A stretch of 64,000 nt of DNA, taken from assembly GCA_028870995.1 (NCBI GenBank), contig JAGWOI010000005.1, positions 39,807 through 103,806 on the forward strand, given 5' to 3'. A model generated the notes under the pieces. It had not been told where the DNA came from and searched no databases. It worked only from the letters and a program-made list of their open reading frames with translations. A program made the position numbers and the translations under genes. Of the stretch, positions 49,547 to 60,098 are shown in pieces. The number at the start of each line of letters is the position of its first letter. Positions within the stretch are counted from its first letter, which is position 1. The DNA is from Candidatus Omnitrophota bacterium. GTDB lineage: Bacteria > Omnitrophota > Gorgyraeia > Zapsychrales > Fredricksoniimonadaceae.

Positions 49547-50426
49547 AAAGAGATTTCATGGCGCTTTTACGGCCTTGATAACGCCGTTTACCGCCAACGG
49601 CATCGATGAGGCCGCTTATAAAAAATTGATCGAATGGCAGATTGCCCAGGGCATTCACGGCCTGGTGCCCTGCGGCACCACGGGCGAGTCGCCGACCCTT
49701 TCGGAAAAGGAGCATGAACAGGTCATCGAGCTTTGCGTGAAGACCGCTGCCCAAAGGGTGCCGGTCATTGCGGGTACAGGTTCCAATTCCACCCGGGAAG
49801 CGGTCAATATGACCCAGCATGCGGCCAAGATCGGCGCGGACGCGGCCCTGGTGGTAACTCCTTATTATAATAAACCTACGGCCAAGGGCATTTATTTACA
49901 TTATAAGGCCATCAGTGAGAGCGCGGACATACCGATCATTCTCTATAATATTGCCGGACGCACGGCCAGGAACATTGAGCCTGAGTTGATGGCCAAGCTG
50001 GCTTCTTTAAAGAACATCATCGGTGTCAAGGAGGCCTCGGGCAATCAGGAGCAGATGAAAAAGATACGTGAAGTCTGCCCCAAAGATTTTTTGTTGCTGT
50101 CGGGGGATGATGCCTTGACCCTGGCGATTTTAAATATGGGCGGGGTCGGCATTATTTCGGTGGCATCCAATATCGTGCCTCAGGATGTCGCCGGCCTGGT
50201 CAATGCCTTTAATGATGGTGATAAACAAAAGGCCGCGGTCCTTAACGCCAAGCTGCTGCCGTTGATCGATGCCCTGTTTATCGAAACCAATCCTATTCCT
50301 GTCAAGACGGCAGCTGCCCTGATGGGCTTCTGTTCCGACCAGATGCGCCTGCCGATGTGTGCCATGGAAGAGGTGAATTTAGTCCAATTAAAGCAGGCGT
50401 TGAAAGTTTACGGGTTGATTAAATAA
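49539..50426 (+). CDS. dapA: 4-hydroxy-tetrahydrodipicolinate synthase
   Basis: DapA motifs (GTTGES, active-site Lys region IGVKEASGN). Confidence 0.93.
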   Translation: MDRKRFHGAFTALITPFTANGIDEAAYKKLIEWQIAQGIHGLVPCGTTGESPTLSEKEHEQVIELCVKTAAQRVPVIAGTGSNSTREAVNMTQHAAKIGADAALVVTPYYNKPTAKGIYLHYKAISESADIPIILYNIAGRTARNIEPELMAKLASLKNIIGVKEASGNQEQMKKIREVCPKDFLLLSGDDALTLAILNMGGVGIISVASNIVPQDVAGLVNAFNDGDKQKAAVLNAKLLPLIDALFIETNPIPVKTAAALMGFCSDQMRLPMCAMEEVNLVQLKQALKVYGLIK

Positions 50427-50441
50427 AAGCAGGAGTCAGAC

Positions 50442-51158
50442 ATGATCAAACTTGCCGTTTCAGGCTGCCGGGGCCGGATGGGGCAGCGCATCACGGAGTT
50501 GGCCTTACAAGATAAAGCCTTTAAAATAGCAGCCCTGTTGGAAAACAAAAACCGTCAGGACGTGCCGCTATTGTCCCATAATATTCCCATTAATTTCGAA
50601 GATGCTGCCCTCAAAGGCAGCGGGGTGCTGATTGAGTTTACCACTCCTGATGCGACCCTGGCGCATTTGAAGTCCTGCCAGCAATACGGTGTCAACATGG
50701 TCATCGGCACCACCGGCTTTACCAAAGCACAGATCGCGCAAATCAAAAAGGCGTCTTCTAAAATCGCCATCGTATTTTCTTCCAATATGTCGGTGGGCGT
50801 CAATCTTGTCTTCGGCCTCATCCGCCGGGCGGCGGAGATCACGGGTAAAAACTACACCATCACCTTGAGTGAAACCCACCATGTGCATAAAAAAGATGCT
50901 CCGTCGGGAACAGCCAAGACCATGGCTGAAATCGCCGAAGCCCATTCCAAGAGCAGGGTCAAGGACATCGCTTCCATCCGCGAGGGGGAAGTCATCGGCG
51001 ATCACACCATTACCTTTGAAAGCCCGGTGGACCTTATTTCCATCCACCATCATGCCAAAACCCGCGATATTTTCGCGGAGGGTTCGCTGGTTGCCGCCAA
51101 ATTCCTGTCTAAAAAGAAAAAAGGCTTGTTTAACATGCAGGACGTCCTTGGTTTGTGA
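50442..51158 (+). CDS. dapB: 4-hydroxy-tetrahydrodipicolinate reductase
   Basis: GCRGRMG NAD(P) motif; EXHHXXKXDXPSGTA motif (ETHHVHKKDAPSGTA). Confidence 0.93.
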   Translation: MIKLAVSGCRGRMGQRITELALQDKAFKIAALLENKNRQDVPLLSHNIPINFEDAALKGSGVLIEFTTPDATLAHLKSCQQYGVNMVIGTTGFTKAQIAQIKKASSKIAIVFSSNMSVGVNLVFGLIRRAAEITGKNYTITLSETHHVHKKDAPSGTAKTMAEIAEAHSKSRVKDIASIREGEVIGDHTITFESPVDLISIHHHAKTRDIFAEGSLVAAKFLSKKKKGLFNMQDVLGL

Positions 51159-51201
51159 TCCTTAAGTCCTTCGATAATCTTAATTTTAAGGAGCTTGAAT
51201 A

Positions 51202-52380
51202 ATGTCCACCACCGAAGAGTTTAAGATCGAGTTTTCCGACCGTTTGAAATCCCTGCCCCCATACCTTTTTGTGGAGATCGACAAGGCCAGGAGAGAAGCC
51301 ATTGCCGCCGGCCGGGAAATCATCAATTTAGGCGTCGGCGATCCTGACCAGCGCACGCACCAGGCGATCATCGATGCCATGAAAAAAGCCGTGGAAGATG
51401 TGAATAACCATCATTATCCTTTTGATGCCGGCGTGCCGCAGCTTCGTGTCGAGATCGCCCAATGGTTCAAAGGCCGTTTCGGGGTCGTGTTGGAGCCGCA
51501 GACGGAAATCTATCCCCTGATCGGCTCTAAAGAAGGCATCGCCCATCTGCCGCTGGGCATCATCAACCCGGGGGACAAGGTGGTTCTGACCGAGCCGGCC
51601 TATCCGGCTTATCAAGCGGCTGTCACCTTTGCCGGTGGGAAGATCCAGTACCTGCCGCTTAAGGCAGGCAATAACTGGCTCCCGCGCCTCCAGGACATCG
51701 AGGAGTTGAAAAATGCCAAGGCCCTTTTTGTCTGTTACCCCAACAATCCCACTTCGGCCACCGCTGACAAGAAGTTTTATCAGGACCTGATCGCGGTCTG
51801 CAAGGCCAAAGGGATCATCGTTGTCTCCGATCTGGCTTATTCGGAAGTCTACTATGACGGCATCAAGCCGCCGAGCATCCTCGAAGTTGACGGTGCCAGG
51901 GATATCGCGATCGAATTTCATTCTTTTTCCAAAACGTATTACATGACGGGATGGCGCCTGGGCTGGGCCTGCGGCAACCCGACCCTGGTGTCGGCACTGG
52001 CCAAGGTTAAATCCAACTGCGATTCGGGTGTCTTTAATGCCATCCAATACGCGGGGATCGCCGCCTTGAACATGGATCCCCGCGATATCGAGGACATGCG
52101 CGCCGAATACCAGACCCGCCGCGATGCCTTGATCAACGGTCTGCGTTCCGTCGGATGGAAGATAGATCCTCCCAAGGCCGCCTTTTATGTCTGGGCCAAA
52201 ATACCGACTAAGTTTGCTGATTCCATGAGCTGCGCCAAGGCTTTCCTGGAACAAGCGGACATCGTGGTGACGCCTGGTGTGGGTTTTGGCAAGGCCGGTG
52301 AAGGGTATGTGCGCATGGCCTTGACCCTCTCCACCGACCGCATTCATCAGGCCGTGCAGCGCCTGGCCAAGATCTTATAA
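51202..52380 (+). CDS. dapL: LL-diaminopimelate aminotransferase (class I/II aminotransferase; DapL-type by sequence and context)
   Basis: N-terminus LKSLPPYLFVEIDKARREA typical of DapL; PLP Lys region SFSKTYYMTGWR; sits after dapFAB. Confidence 0.75.
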   Translation: MSTTEEFKIEFSDRLKSLPPYLFVEIDKARREAIAAGREIINLGVGDPDQRTHQAIIDAMKKAVEDVNNHHYPFDAGVPQLRVEIAQWFKGRFGVVLEPQTEIYPLIGSKEGIAHLPLGIINPGDKVVLTEPAYPAYQAAVTFAGGKIQYLPLKAGNNWLPRLQDIEELKNAKALFVCYPNNPTSATADKKFYQDLIAVCKAKGIIVVSDLAYSEVYYDGIKPPSILEVDGARDIAIEFHSFSKTYYMTGWRLGWACGNPTLVSALAKVKSNCDSGVFNAIQYAGIAALNMDPRDIEDMRAEYQTRRDALINGLRSVGWKIDPPKAAFYVWAKIPTKFADSMSCAKAFLEQADIVVTPGVGFGKAGEGYVRMALTLSTDRIHQAVQRLAKIL

Positions 52381-52381
52381 T

Positions 52382-52804
52382 ATGGCCGTCGTTTATTTTT
52401 CTTTGGGGTCCAATCTTGGCGACCGCAGGTATTATATTCACAGGGCCGTCGAAGAACTTAAAAGCAAAGGGCTGAAAAGCACCAAGCTCTCCCGGATCAT
52501 CGAGACAGAGCCTTTCGAGGCTCCGGCCCAGGGAAAATTTCTTAATGCCGTTCTAAAGGCCGTCAGCGGACACTCCCCGGAGGAATTGCTTGAAATCGTC
52601 CAGGATGTCGAAAGAAAATTAGGCAGGGCCCAAAAGTCATTCCGAGGTCCCCGTGTCATCGACATCGATATTTTGTTCTACGATGATGTTAAATTGACCA
52701 GTCCGCGGCTGCTGATACCTCATCCGCGGATGCTGGAGAGGGATTTTGTGATGAGTCCCTTGGAAGAGATAGCCCCTCATTTATGCGCGTCGTTAAAACT
52801 GTAA
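52382..52804 (+). CDS. folK: 2-amino-4-hydroxy-6-hydroxymethyldihydropteridine diphosphokinase (HPPK)
   Basis: N-terminus AVVYFSLGSNLGDR; 140 aa. Confidence 0.88.
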   Translation: MAVVYFSLGSNLGDRRYYIHRAVEELKSKGLKSTKLSRIIETEPFEAPAQGKFLNAVLKAVSGHSPEELLEIVQDVERKLGRAQKSFRGPRVIDIDILFYDDVKLTSPRLLIPHPRMLERDFVMSPLEEIAPHLCASLKL

Positions 52805-53634
52805 AACAATTACGTCTCATCATCGATGGCCTGCGTCGCAAGGGTAGGACGATCGGCTTTATCCCGACGATGGGATACCTGCATGAAGGCCACCTTTCCC
52901 TTGTCCGGCGCTGCCGTCAAGAATGCGATGTAACGGTTGTGAGCATCTACGTCAATCCCAAACAGTTCGGGCCCCATGAAGATTTGCAGCGTTATCCTCG
53001 GGACATCGGCAGGGACTCGACGATGTTAAAAAAAGAAAATATTGACATTCTTTTTATTCCGTCGGATAATGCTGTTTATTCCAGCGGCTATTTGACATAC
53101 ATCGACGTAGAAAACGTTTCCCGAGCCCTTTGCGGTGCCTTCAGGCCAGGACACTTCCGGGGAGTGGCGACGGTGGTGGCCAAGCTTTTGAACATGGTCC
53201 AGCCGCATGCCCTGTATTTAGGACAAAAGGACGCGCAGCAGGTGGCGGTGCTTAAGCGCATGGCGGCGGATTTGAATTTTCCGGTGGCCGTGCGGACGGT
53301 GCCGACCATGCGAGAGGCCGACGGCCTGGCCATGAGTTCGCGTAATGTGTATTTATCAGCAGCCCATCGCGCTCAAGCTCCGGTGATCTACAAATCCCTG
53401 GTTGCAGTCCGCCGGTGCATCCGGCAGGGGGAGCGCCGGTCAGCAACGCTTGTCGCTATGATTAAAAGGAACATTGAGAGCAACTCTGAGGGAAAGATTC
53501 AATACGTCGCATGTGTGGACGCAGAAAGCTTGGAGCCTTTAAAAACGTTAAGGCACAGGGTTTTGATCGCCGTAGCCGTTTTTTTTGGAACAACGCGACT
53601 GATTGATAATGTCATCGTCCTCATTAAAAACTAA
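52783..53634 (+). CDS. panC: pantoate--beta-alanine ligase
   Basis: FIPTMGYLHEGHLSLV HIGH-type motif; 283 aa. Confidence 0.93.
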   Translation: MRVVKTVKQLRLIIDGLRRKGRTIGFIPTMGYLHEGHLSLVRRCRQECDVTVVSIYVNPKQFGPHEDLQRYPRDIGRDSTMLKKENIDILFIPSDNAVYSSGYLTYIDVENVSRALCGAFRPGHFRGVATVVAKLLNMVQPHALYLGQKDAQQVAVLKRMAADLNFPVAVRTVPTMREADGLAMSSRNVYLSAAHRAQAPVIYKSLVAVRRCIRQGERRSATLVAMIKRNIESNSEGKIQYVACVDAESLEPLKTLRHRVLIAVAVFFGTTRLIDNVIVLIKN

Positions 53635-54448
53635 AGCCAAGTCCAATATTAGAGTAGGAATTTTAGGCTGCGGGGCCATCGGCTCCCGCATTGCCAAAAG
53701 CATCAAGGATGACGGGAGGGCCGTTTTAACGGGCCTTTTTGACATCAACCCTGCCAAATCCGAAAATCTTCAGAAGCATCTTCCCCAGAAAAATATCGTT
53801 AAGAAATCTTACGATGAACTTCTCCACGCCAGCGACCTGGTGGTTGAGGCGGTCAACGCTCCTGACACGCGCGAGCTGGTACGCCGGGCCTTATTGGCCA
53901 GGAAAGACGTCTTGATCATGAGTGTCGGCAAATTCATCGAAGGCGAATCCATTTTTGCGCTGGCCCAGAAGCAAGGTGTCAGGGTGCTTATACCTTCCGG
54001 TGCCATCGCCGGGGTTGACGCGCTCAAGGCCGTCAGCCAGCAGCGCATTGACCGCATTACCCTGACCACCCGCAAGCCGATTTACGGGTTCGCTGATAAT
54101 GCCTTTGTCCAGCAAAAGCGGATCAATTTGTCGCAGATCACCAAGGAAACCATTCTTTTCGAGGGTAATGTGCGCGAGGCGGTCAAATGCTTCCCGCAGA
54201 ACATTAATGTGGCGGCCACCATCGCCCTGGCTTCCGGGGCACGGGATAAGTTGCGCATCCGCATCGCCACTTCACCGGAGTTTAAGGTGAATTCCCATGA
54301 GATCGAAGCGGCCGGCGATTTCGGCCGCCTGGTGACCAAGACCGAAAATGTGGTTTGTCCGGATAACCCCAAGACCAGCTACCTGGCCGTGCTTTCGGCC
54401 GTGCGTACGTTAAAAGAATACTTTCAGGGAGTCAAGATAGGAACCTGA
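53603..54448 (+). CDS. nadX: L-aspartate dehydrogenase-like NAD(P) oxidoreductase (NadX family)
   Basis: GILGCGAIG Rossmann motif; DapB_N/Asp-DH C-terminal domain pattern; exact start (53603 versus a downstream Met) is uncertain. Confidence 0.65.
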   Translation: MIMSSSSLKTKAKSNIRVGILGCGAIGSRIAKSIKDDGRAVLTGLFDINPAKSENLQKHLPQKNIVKKSYDELLHASDLVVEAVNAPDTRELVRRALLARKDVLIMSVGKFIEGESIFALAQKQGVRVLIPSGAIAGVDALKAVSQQRIDRITLTTRKPIYGFADNAFVQQKRINLSQITKETILFEGNVREAVKCFPQNINVAATIALASGARDKLRIRIATSPEFKVNSHEIEAAGDFGRLVTKTENVVCPDNPKTSYLAVLSAVRTLKEYFQGVKIGT

Positions 54449-54485
54449 AATCATACATCAACCATCAACCAAGGAGGAGAATAGC

Positions 54486-54755
54486 ATGGCTGCTAAAAAA
54501 GTCGCAAAAGTAGGGGTGAAGAAAGAAAAAGGTTATCTTTATTTCGTGGACAAGCAAGGCGATGTGTCCTGCGCCAAGATGGCCCGCGGCGACAAAAAGG
54601 GCGGTTCCGCCAAGAAGGTGGCCAAGGTGGGCGTCAAGAGGCAGGAAGGATATCTTTATTTCATCGATAAGCAAGGCGACATCTCCTGCGCCAAAATGGT
54701 CCGCGGCGGCACTAAGAAGAAGAGCAGCAAAAAGAAAGCTCCGAAGCGCAAATAA
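54486..54755 (+). CDS. small lysine-rich protein made of two tandem ~34-aa repeats (VAKVGVK..GYLYF[VI]DKQGD[VI]SCAKM.RG) with a poly-Lys tail
   Basis: Strong AAGGAGGAG RBS; two protein-level repeats encoded with many synonymous differences; followed by an intrinsic terminator. Confidence 0.6.
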   Translation: MAAKKVAKVGVKKEKGYLYFVDKQGDVSCAKMARGDKKGGSAKKVAKVGVKRQEGYLYFIDKQGDISCAKMVRGGTKKKSSKKKAPKRK

Positions 54756-54770
54756 AAGTTTGCGTGTACA

Positions 54771-54816
54771 AATAGGGACGTCTGCCATTTATTAGGTAGA
54801 CGTCCCTATTTTTTTA
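54771..54816 (+). terminator. rho-independent terminator
   Basis: AATAGGGACGTCT (54771-54783) pairs with AGACGTCCCTATT (54797-54809); followed by TTTTTTTAT. Confidence 0.8.
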
Positions 54817-54832
54817 TATAAAATAGTCGACT

Positions 54833-57625
54833 GTGAACGATATCGTCATCCGCGGCGCCCGCGAGCACAATTTGAAGAACCTGGACCTGACCATCCCGCG
54901 CAACCAATTTGTGGTGGTGACGGGTTTGAGCGGTTCGGGCAAGTCGTCTCTGGCCTTTGACACCATTTATGCCGAGGGACAGCGCCGGTACGTCGAAAGC
55001 CTTTCGGCCTATGCCCGTCAGTTTCTGGACCAGCTCCAGAAGCCGTTGGTGGAGCATATCGAAGGCCTTTCCCCGACCATTTCCATCGAGCAGAAGACCG
55101 TCAGCCGCAACCCCCGTTCCACGGTGGCCACCCAGACGGAAATTTATGATTATTTGCGCCTGTTGTTCGCCCGTATCGGCACGCCCCATTGTCCCACCTG
55201 CGGCAAAAGGATAGAGCAGCAAAGCGCCCAGCAGATCGTGGACAGCATTTTGGCTCTGCCCGAGGGAACAAAGATCAACATCTTAAGCCCTTTGATCCGC
55301 GGCCGTAAAGGGGAATACCGCAACATAGGAAAGCAGGTGGCCCGGTCCGGTTTTGCCCGTATGCGCATCAACGGCAAGATTTATGAGGCCGGCGAAACCG
55401 TCAAGCTCGACAAATATAAAGTTCACCACATCGAAGTGGTAGTCGACCGGCTTAGTGTCCGGTCCGATATCCGTAAGCGCTTGTCCGATTCCGTGGAAAC
55501 GGCCCTGAAGACAGGGGAGGGCATGGTTCTCGTGGATTTTAACGGGACGAGGCCCGACCAGGTATTCAGCGAGAAATACGCCTGTACGGATTGCGGGACA
55601 TCGCTCAGCGAGATTTCTCCGCGCATTTTCTCTTTCAACTCCCCTTACGGTGCCTGCGAGGAATGTAAAGGGTTGGGCACAAAGATGGAGGTTGATCCTG
55701 CCAACCTGGTGCCTGACCCTTCCAAGCCGTGGGTAAACGCCATTGCGCCCTGGAAAAAAGGGCAGCGGGGATACATGATGTATTACCGGGCCGTGCTGCG
55801 GGAAATCGCCAGGGCCTACCGGGTCGATCCTCAACTGCCTTTCAGTTCACTGGACAAAAAGTTTAAACACATGGTCTTTTACGGGTCTGACGATGAAATC
55901 TGGGGCCGGACCTTTGAAGGTGTGGTCAAATATTTAGAAAGGCTCTTTAACGAGACGGACAGCGAATGGCTCCAGGAAGAAATAGCCTCGTTCATGTCCG
56001 AGTCTCCTTGCCCGGTTTGCTTAGGGATGCGCCTTAAGAAGGAGTCGCTTGCCGTCAAGGTGGCGGACAAAACAATAGCACAGGTGACGGCATTCTCCAT
56101 CAAGGATGCCAAACAATTTTTCAGCCGGTTGAATCTAAGCAAGGACAAGCAAATCATCAGCGCTGAGATCCTCAAGGAGATCAACCGCCGCCTCGATTTC
56201 TGCATCAATGTCGGCCTTGAATATTTGAGCCTGGACAGGCAGAGCGCCACGCTTTCCGGCGGGGAAGCGGAGCGCATCCGCCTGGCCACCCAGGTGGGTT
56301 CTGGTCTGGTCGGGGTCATTTATGTGTTGGATGAGCCCAGTATCGGCCTGCACCAAAAAGACAATGACCGCCTGCTGGCCACTCTGCATGCCTTGCGTGA
56401 CCTGGGCAACACCTTGATCGTTGTTGAGCATGATGAGGAGACTATCCGCCGCTCAGACTACGTGATCGATCTAGGGCCAGGCGCCGGCGAGCATGGCGGG
56501 GAGGTGATCTATGCCGGGGATGTTAAGGGTTTGATGCAATCCAAGGCATCGTTGACGGGGCGGTATCTGGCCGGTGCTTATCAGATTCATCAACCCGAAC
56601 AGCGCCGGAATATTGTAAATACTGATTTTTTAAAGATCACCGGCGCCCATGAGCACAATTTAAAAGATGTCCAGGTCAATATTCCGCTGGGCACCTTTGT
56701 CTGCGTTACTGGTGTGTCGGGTTCGGGGAAATCCACGCTGGTTGGGGATGTTCTTCATAAGGCCCTGATGCATAAAATTTACGGCAGCAAGATCAAGCCC
56801 GGCCGGTACAAAAAGATCGAGGGAACGGAGCATATCGATAAGGTCATTGAAGTGGACCAGTCGCCCATCGGCCGCACCCCGCGTTCCAATCCGGCCACCT
56901 ACACCGGCACCTTCGGCTTCATCCGCGACCTGTTTGCCCAGCTGCCGGAATCAAAATTGCGCGGCTACAAGCCCGGCCGGTTTAGTTTCAACGTCAAGGG
57001 CGGCCGCTGCGAAGCCTGCGGCGGGGACGGGATCAAGAAGATTGAAATGCACTTCCTGCCGGACGTTTATGTGGAATGCGAGGTCTGCAAAGGCAAACGC
57101 TTCACGGACCAGACCCTGGAAGTAACGTATAAAGGGAAGAACATCTCCGACGTGCTGGCTCTTTCGGTCGTTGAGGCCCTGGATGTTTTTGCCGATATCC
57201 CCCGCATCAAGACCGTCTTGCAAACCATCAACGATGTGGGGTTGGGTTACATCCGCCTGGGGCAGGCGGCCACCACCTTGTCGGGCGGGGAAGCTCAGCG
57301 GGTGAAGCTCGCCAGCGAATTGTGCAAGCCCGCCACCAACCGCACCTTTTATATCCTGGATGAGCCCACGACAGGATTGCATTTTGCGGACGTGGACAAA
57401 TTACTGCAGGTCCTGCAGCGCCTGGTGGACCGCGGCAATACCGTGCTGGTCATCGAGCACAATTTGGATGTGATCAAGGTGGCCGACTACATCATTGACT
57501 TGGGACCCGACGGGGGCGACCGCGGGGGCGAGGTGGTTTTTGCGGGCAGTCCCGAGGACATGGTGCGCCGTCCGTCTTCCTACACCGCACAATACTTAAA
57601 ACATTTCTTAAACAAATCAAAGTAA
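54833..57625 (+). CDS. uvrA: excinuclease ABC subunit A
   Basis: 930 aa; two ABC modules ([18 protein letters not shown]); zinc-finger Cys pairs; GTG start read as [16 protein letters not shown]. Confidence 0.93.
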   Translation: MNDIVIRGAREHNLKNLDLTIPRNQFVVVTGLSGSGKSSLAFDTIYAEGQRRYVESLSAYARQFLDQLQKPLVEHIEGLSPTISIEQKTVSRNPRSTVATQTEIYDYLRLLFARIGTPHCPTCGKRIEQQSAQQIVDSILALPEGTKINILSPLIRGRKGEYRNIGKQVARSGFARMRINGKIYEAGETVKLDKYKVHHIEVVVDRLSVRSDIRKRLSDSVETALKTGEGMVLVDFNGTRPDQVFSEKYACTDCGTSLSEISPRIFSFNSPYGACEECKGLGTKMEVDPANLVPDPSKPWVNAIAPWKKGQRGYMMYYRAVLREIARAYRVDPQLPFSSLDKKFKHMVFYGSDDEIWGRTFEGVVKYLERLFNETDSEWLQEEIASFMSESPCPVCLGMRLKKESLAVKVADKTIAQVTAFSIKDAKQFFSRLNLSKDKQIISAEILKEINRRLDFCINVGLEYLSLDRQSATLSGGEAERIRLATQVGSGLVGVIYVLDEPSIGLHQKDNDRLLATLHALRDLGNTLIVVEHDEETIRRSDYVIDLGPGAGEHGGEVIYAGDVKGLMQSKASLTGRYLAGAYQIHQPEQRRNIVNTDFLKITGAHEHNLKDVQVNIPLGTFVCVTGVSGSGKSTLVGDVLHKALMHKIYGSKIKPGRYKKIEGTEHIDKVIEVDQSPIGRTPRSNPATYTGTFGFIRDLFAQLPESKLRGYKPGRFSFNVKGGRCEACGGDGIKKIEMHFLPDVYVECEVCKGKRFTDQTLEVTYKGKNISDVLALSVVEALDVFADIPRIKTVLQTINDVGLGYIRLGQAATTLSGGEAQRVKLASELCKPATNRTFYILDEPTTGLHFADVDKLLQVLQRLVDRGNTVLVIEHNLDVIKVADYIIDLGPDGGDRGGEVVFAGSPEDMVRRPSSYTAQYLKHFLNKSK

Positions 57626-57641
57626 TTGTTATAATTATCAC

Positions 57642-60098
57642 ATGATCCCCCGCATTATCGTTTGCCTTTTTCTTGGGACGGCTTTCATAGGGCTGTCTTC
57701 GCCAACCTTGGCCCAGACGACTGAAAACGATCTTTTGTCCGCCGCCCAGCAAGCGTTCAATGACGGGTTCAGTGATGTCGCTACCCGATATTTGCGTGAT
57801 TTTCTGGAAAAGTACCCGCAGAGCCCGAACCTGCCTGAGGCCAAACTTTTGCTGGGCCAGTGTGATTTTTTGCAGGGGGATTATGGCAAGGCCCTGTCGA
57901 TGTTCAAATCCTTAAGCCGGCAAAAGGACAAAAGGGACGAGATCCTTTTTTGGCGGGGCGAGTCCTATTTGAAGGAAAACCGTTTTGCCGAGGCCCAGCA
58001 TGATTACCAGGCCGTTATAAGGCAATTTCCCCAGTCGGCCTATGTGCCGCAGGCGTATTATTCCTTGGGCTGGTCGTTCTTTGAGCAAAAAAATTTCGAC
58101 CAGGCCAAGATGGTTTTTTTACATCTGACGGCCCAATTCCCCGGTCATCAGCTAAGCCAGGATGCTCTCTTGAAAATAGCAGAGTGTGATTACAACGCCG
58201 GCCGTTTCCAGGATGCCGTCGGTGATTTCCAGGCATTCACCCGCAAATACCCGAAATCCGACCACTGGTGCGACGCTAATTTCGATATGGCCGAAAGCCT
58301 GTATTATTTGGGCGATCTGGAACGCGCCCTTGGTCTTTATCAAAAAACCTTGAACGGCTCCTGCGGTGACGGCTTGAAATTGGCGGCCTTCACGGCCCAA
58401 GGATGGATTTATATCAAGCTGAATAAATTCGATGAGGCGCAGAAGGTGTTCCATAAAGCTGAAGCCAAGGCCAAGGCCAAGGGGCTTTCCGATGAGGAAG
58501 TGCTCTTGGGGGAGGCCAACCTGGCGTACAACAGAGGGGATTATGCCAAGTCTTTGGACTTGTTTACGGATTTCATCAATAACTATCCCAACAGTCCTCA
58601 CTGGGCCCAAGGGTACCTCGGCCGGGCGGATGTGTTGTACCTTTTAAAAAGGTATGAGGAGGCCAGGCAGGATTACCTGCGCCTGGAAGGCCAGCAAGAC
58701 CAGGACATTCTTGAAAAATCGCAGCTGGGCTTGGGATGGACCGAATTAAAGTTAGGGCATTTGCCCCTGGCCATTGCCCATTTCCAGGCCGTATTCGACA
58801 AGGCCGAGGACGCCGATACCAAAGCCAATGCGCTCATTCAAATGGGGGATGCCTATCAGGAAAGCGGCCAATGGGATGATGCCGCCGAGACGTACGGCCG
58901 GGTCAAAAAAATGTATCCGGGCAGTTCCCTGATGGATTATGTACTTTACCGTCAGGCCATTGCCTTCCTAAAGTCGGTCAAGATCTCCGCTTCCCTGGAT
59001 GATTTCAAAACCCTTCAAGACAAATTCCCCCGCAGTAAATATCTCGAGGATATCGATTATTACCTGGGGGTGATCAGTTTCAAAAAAGGGGACTGGTCCC
59101 GGAGCGCCAAGATGATGGACAAGTACCTTAAGGGCTTAAACCGTCCCAGCGAATTTACGCCGGATGCCAACTACATCCTGGCCCTGTCTTACCTGAATAT
59201 GAATGAGGCGGAAGAGGCGTTGCGGTATTTTCAAAAAATTTTAAGGCTGTATCCCAATAATACTGATATCGACCAGAATGCGGATATCGGGATCGCCAAG
59301 TGCCTCTTCGACCTGGGCCAGACCGCCGAAGCGGTGAAAAGATTCAAGCTGGTCGTTTATAAATATCCCAAGACCGGCACGCAATTTGAAGCCTTATTAT
59401 GGCTGGCCCAATATTATCTGAAGAATGGCGACGGGAATTCGGCCGTCGGTTTTTACAAGGCCATCATAGACAGCTTCCCTGATTCCCCGCAACTGGACCA
59501 AATCCATTATGAATTGGGTCAGGCCTATGAACTCATAGGCAACTCCGACCGCGCCTTGGAGCAATACAAAGCAGTTTCGGGCAGGAACAAATCTTTGATG
59601 GGAAAAACCAGGCTTGCCATGGCCGGCATCATTTCCAAGGACTTCGGCATTGACCGGTCCGCCGCGGCCTATGAAGAGATCATTGCCGCCTGGCCTGATT
59701 ATGCCGGCGAAGCTTATCTGAAATTAGGGCAACTGTACCGCAATGCCCAGGATTATGAAGACGAGCTCAAGGTCTACCGCAGGGCGTTGGATGCCAAAGA
59801 GGGTACCATCGACCGGGCCAGGATCCAGTTCAACCTGGCCGACACCCTTGAGCTCATGAGCCGCACTGACGAGGCTATCGCCGAATATTTAAAAATCCCG
59901 CTGAGCTTCTCCAATGAGCGCTCCTGGGTGGTGAAAGCCTACCTGCGGGTGGCCAAGATCTATGAAGAAAACCAGGACTGGGAGGGAGCCCGCCTGACCT
60001 ATCAGAAAATCATCCAGTTGAAGACTCCGGAGGCGGCTTACGCCCAGGAACGCTTGGACTGGATCAAAAATAACGCCGGAAAGATGAGGGGGCCATGA
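57642..60098 (+). CDS. large secreted TPR-repeat protein (YbgF/CpoB- or BamD-like repeats, about 20 repeats)
   Basis: Signal peptide (LAQT); reiterated ..YP.S.....A.Y.LG......G....A pattern over 818 aa. Confidence 0.8.
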   Translation: MIPRIIVCLFLGTAFIGLSSPTLAQTTENDLLSAAQQAFNDGFSDVATRYLRDFLEKYPQSPNLPEAKLLLGQCDFLQGDYGKALSMFKSLSRQKDKRDEILFWRGESYLKENRFAEAQHDYQAVIRQFPQSAYVPQAYYSLGWSFFEQKNFDQAKMVFLHLTAQFPGHQLSQDALLKIAECDYNAGRFQDAVGDFQAFTRKYPKSDHWCDANFDMAESLYYLGDLERALGLYQKTLNGSCGDGLKLAAFTAQGWIYIKLNKFDEAQKVFHKAEAKAKAKGLSDEEVLLGEANLAYNRGDYAKSLDLFTDFINNYPNSPHWAQGYLGRADVLYLLKRYEEARQDYLRLEGQQDQDILEKSQLGLGWTELKLGHLPLAIAHFQAVFDKAEDADTKANALIQMGDAYQESGQWDDAAETYGRVKKMYPGSSLMDYVLYRQAIAFLKSVKISASLDDFKTLQDKFPRSKYLEDIDYYLGVISFKKGDWSRSAKMMDKYLKGLNRPSEFTPDANYILALSYLNMNEAEEALRYFQKILRLYPNNTDIDQNADIGIAKCLFDLGQTAEAVKRFKLVVYKYPKTGTQFEALLWLAQYYLKNGDGNSAVGFYKAIIDSFPDSPQLDQIHYELGQAYELIGNSDRALEQYKAVSGRNKSLMGKTRLAMAGIISKDFGIDRSAAAYEEIIAAWPDYAGEAYLKLGQLYRNAQDYEDELKVYRRALDAKEGTIDRARIQFNLADTLELMSRTDEAIAEYLKIPLSFSNERSWVVKAYLRVAKIYEENQDWEGARLTYQKIIQLKTPEAAYAQERLDWIKNNAGKMRGP

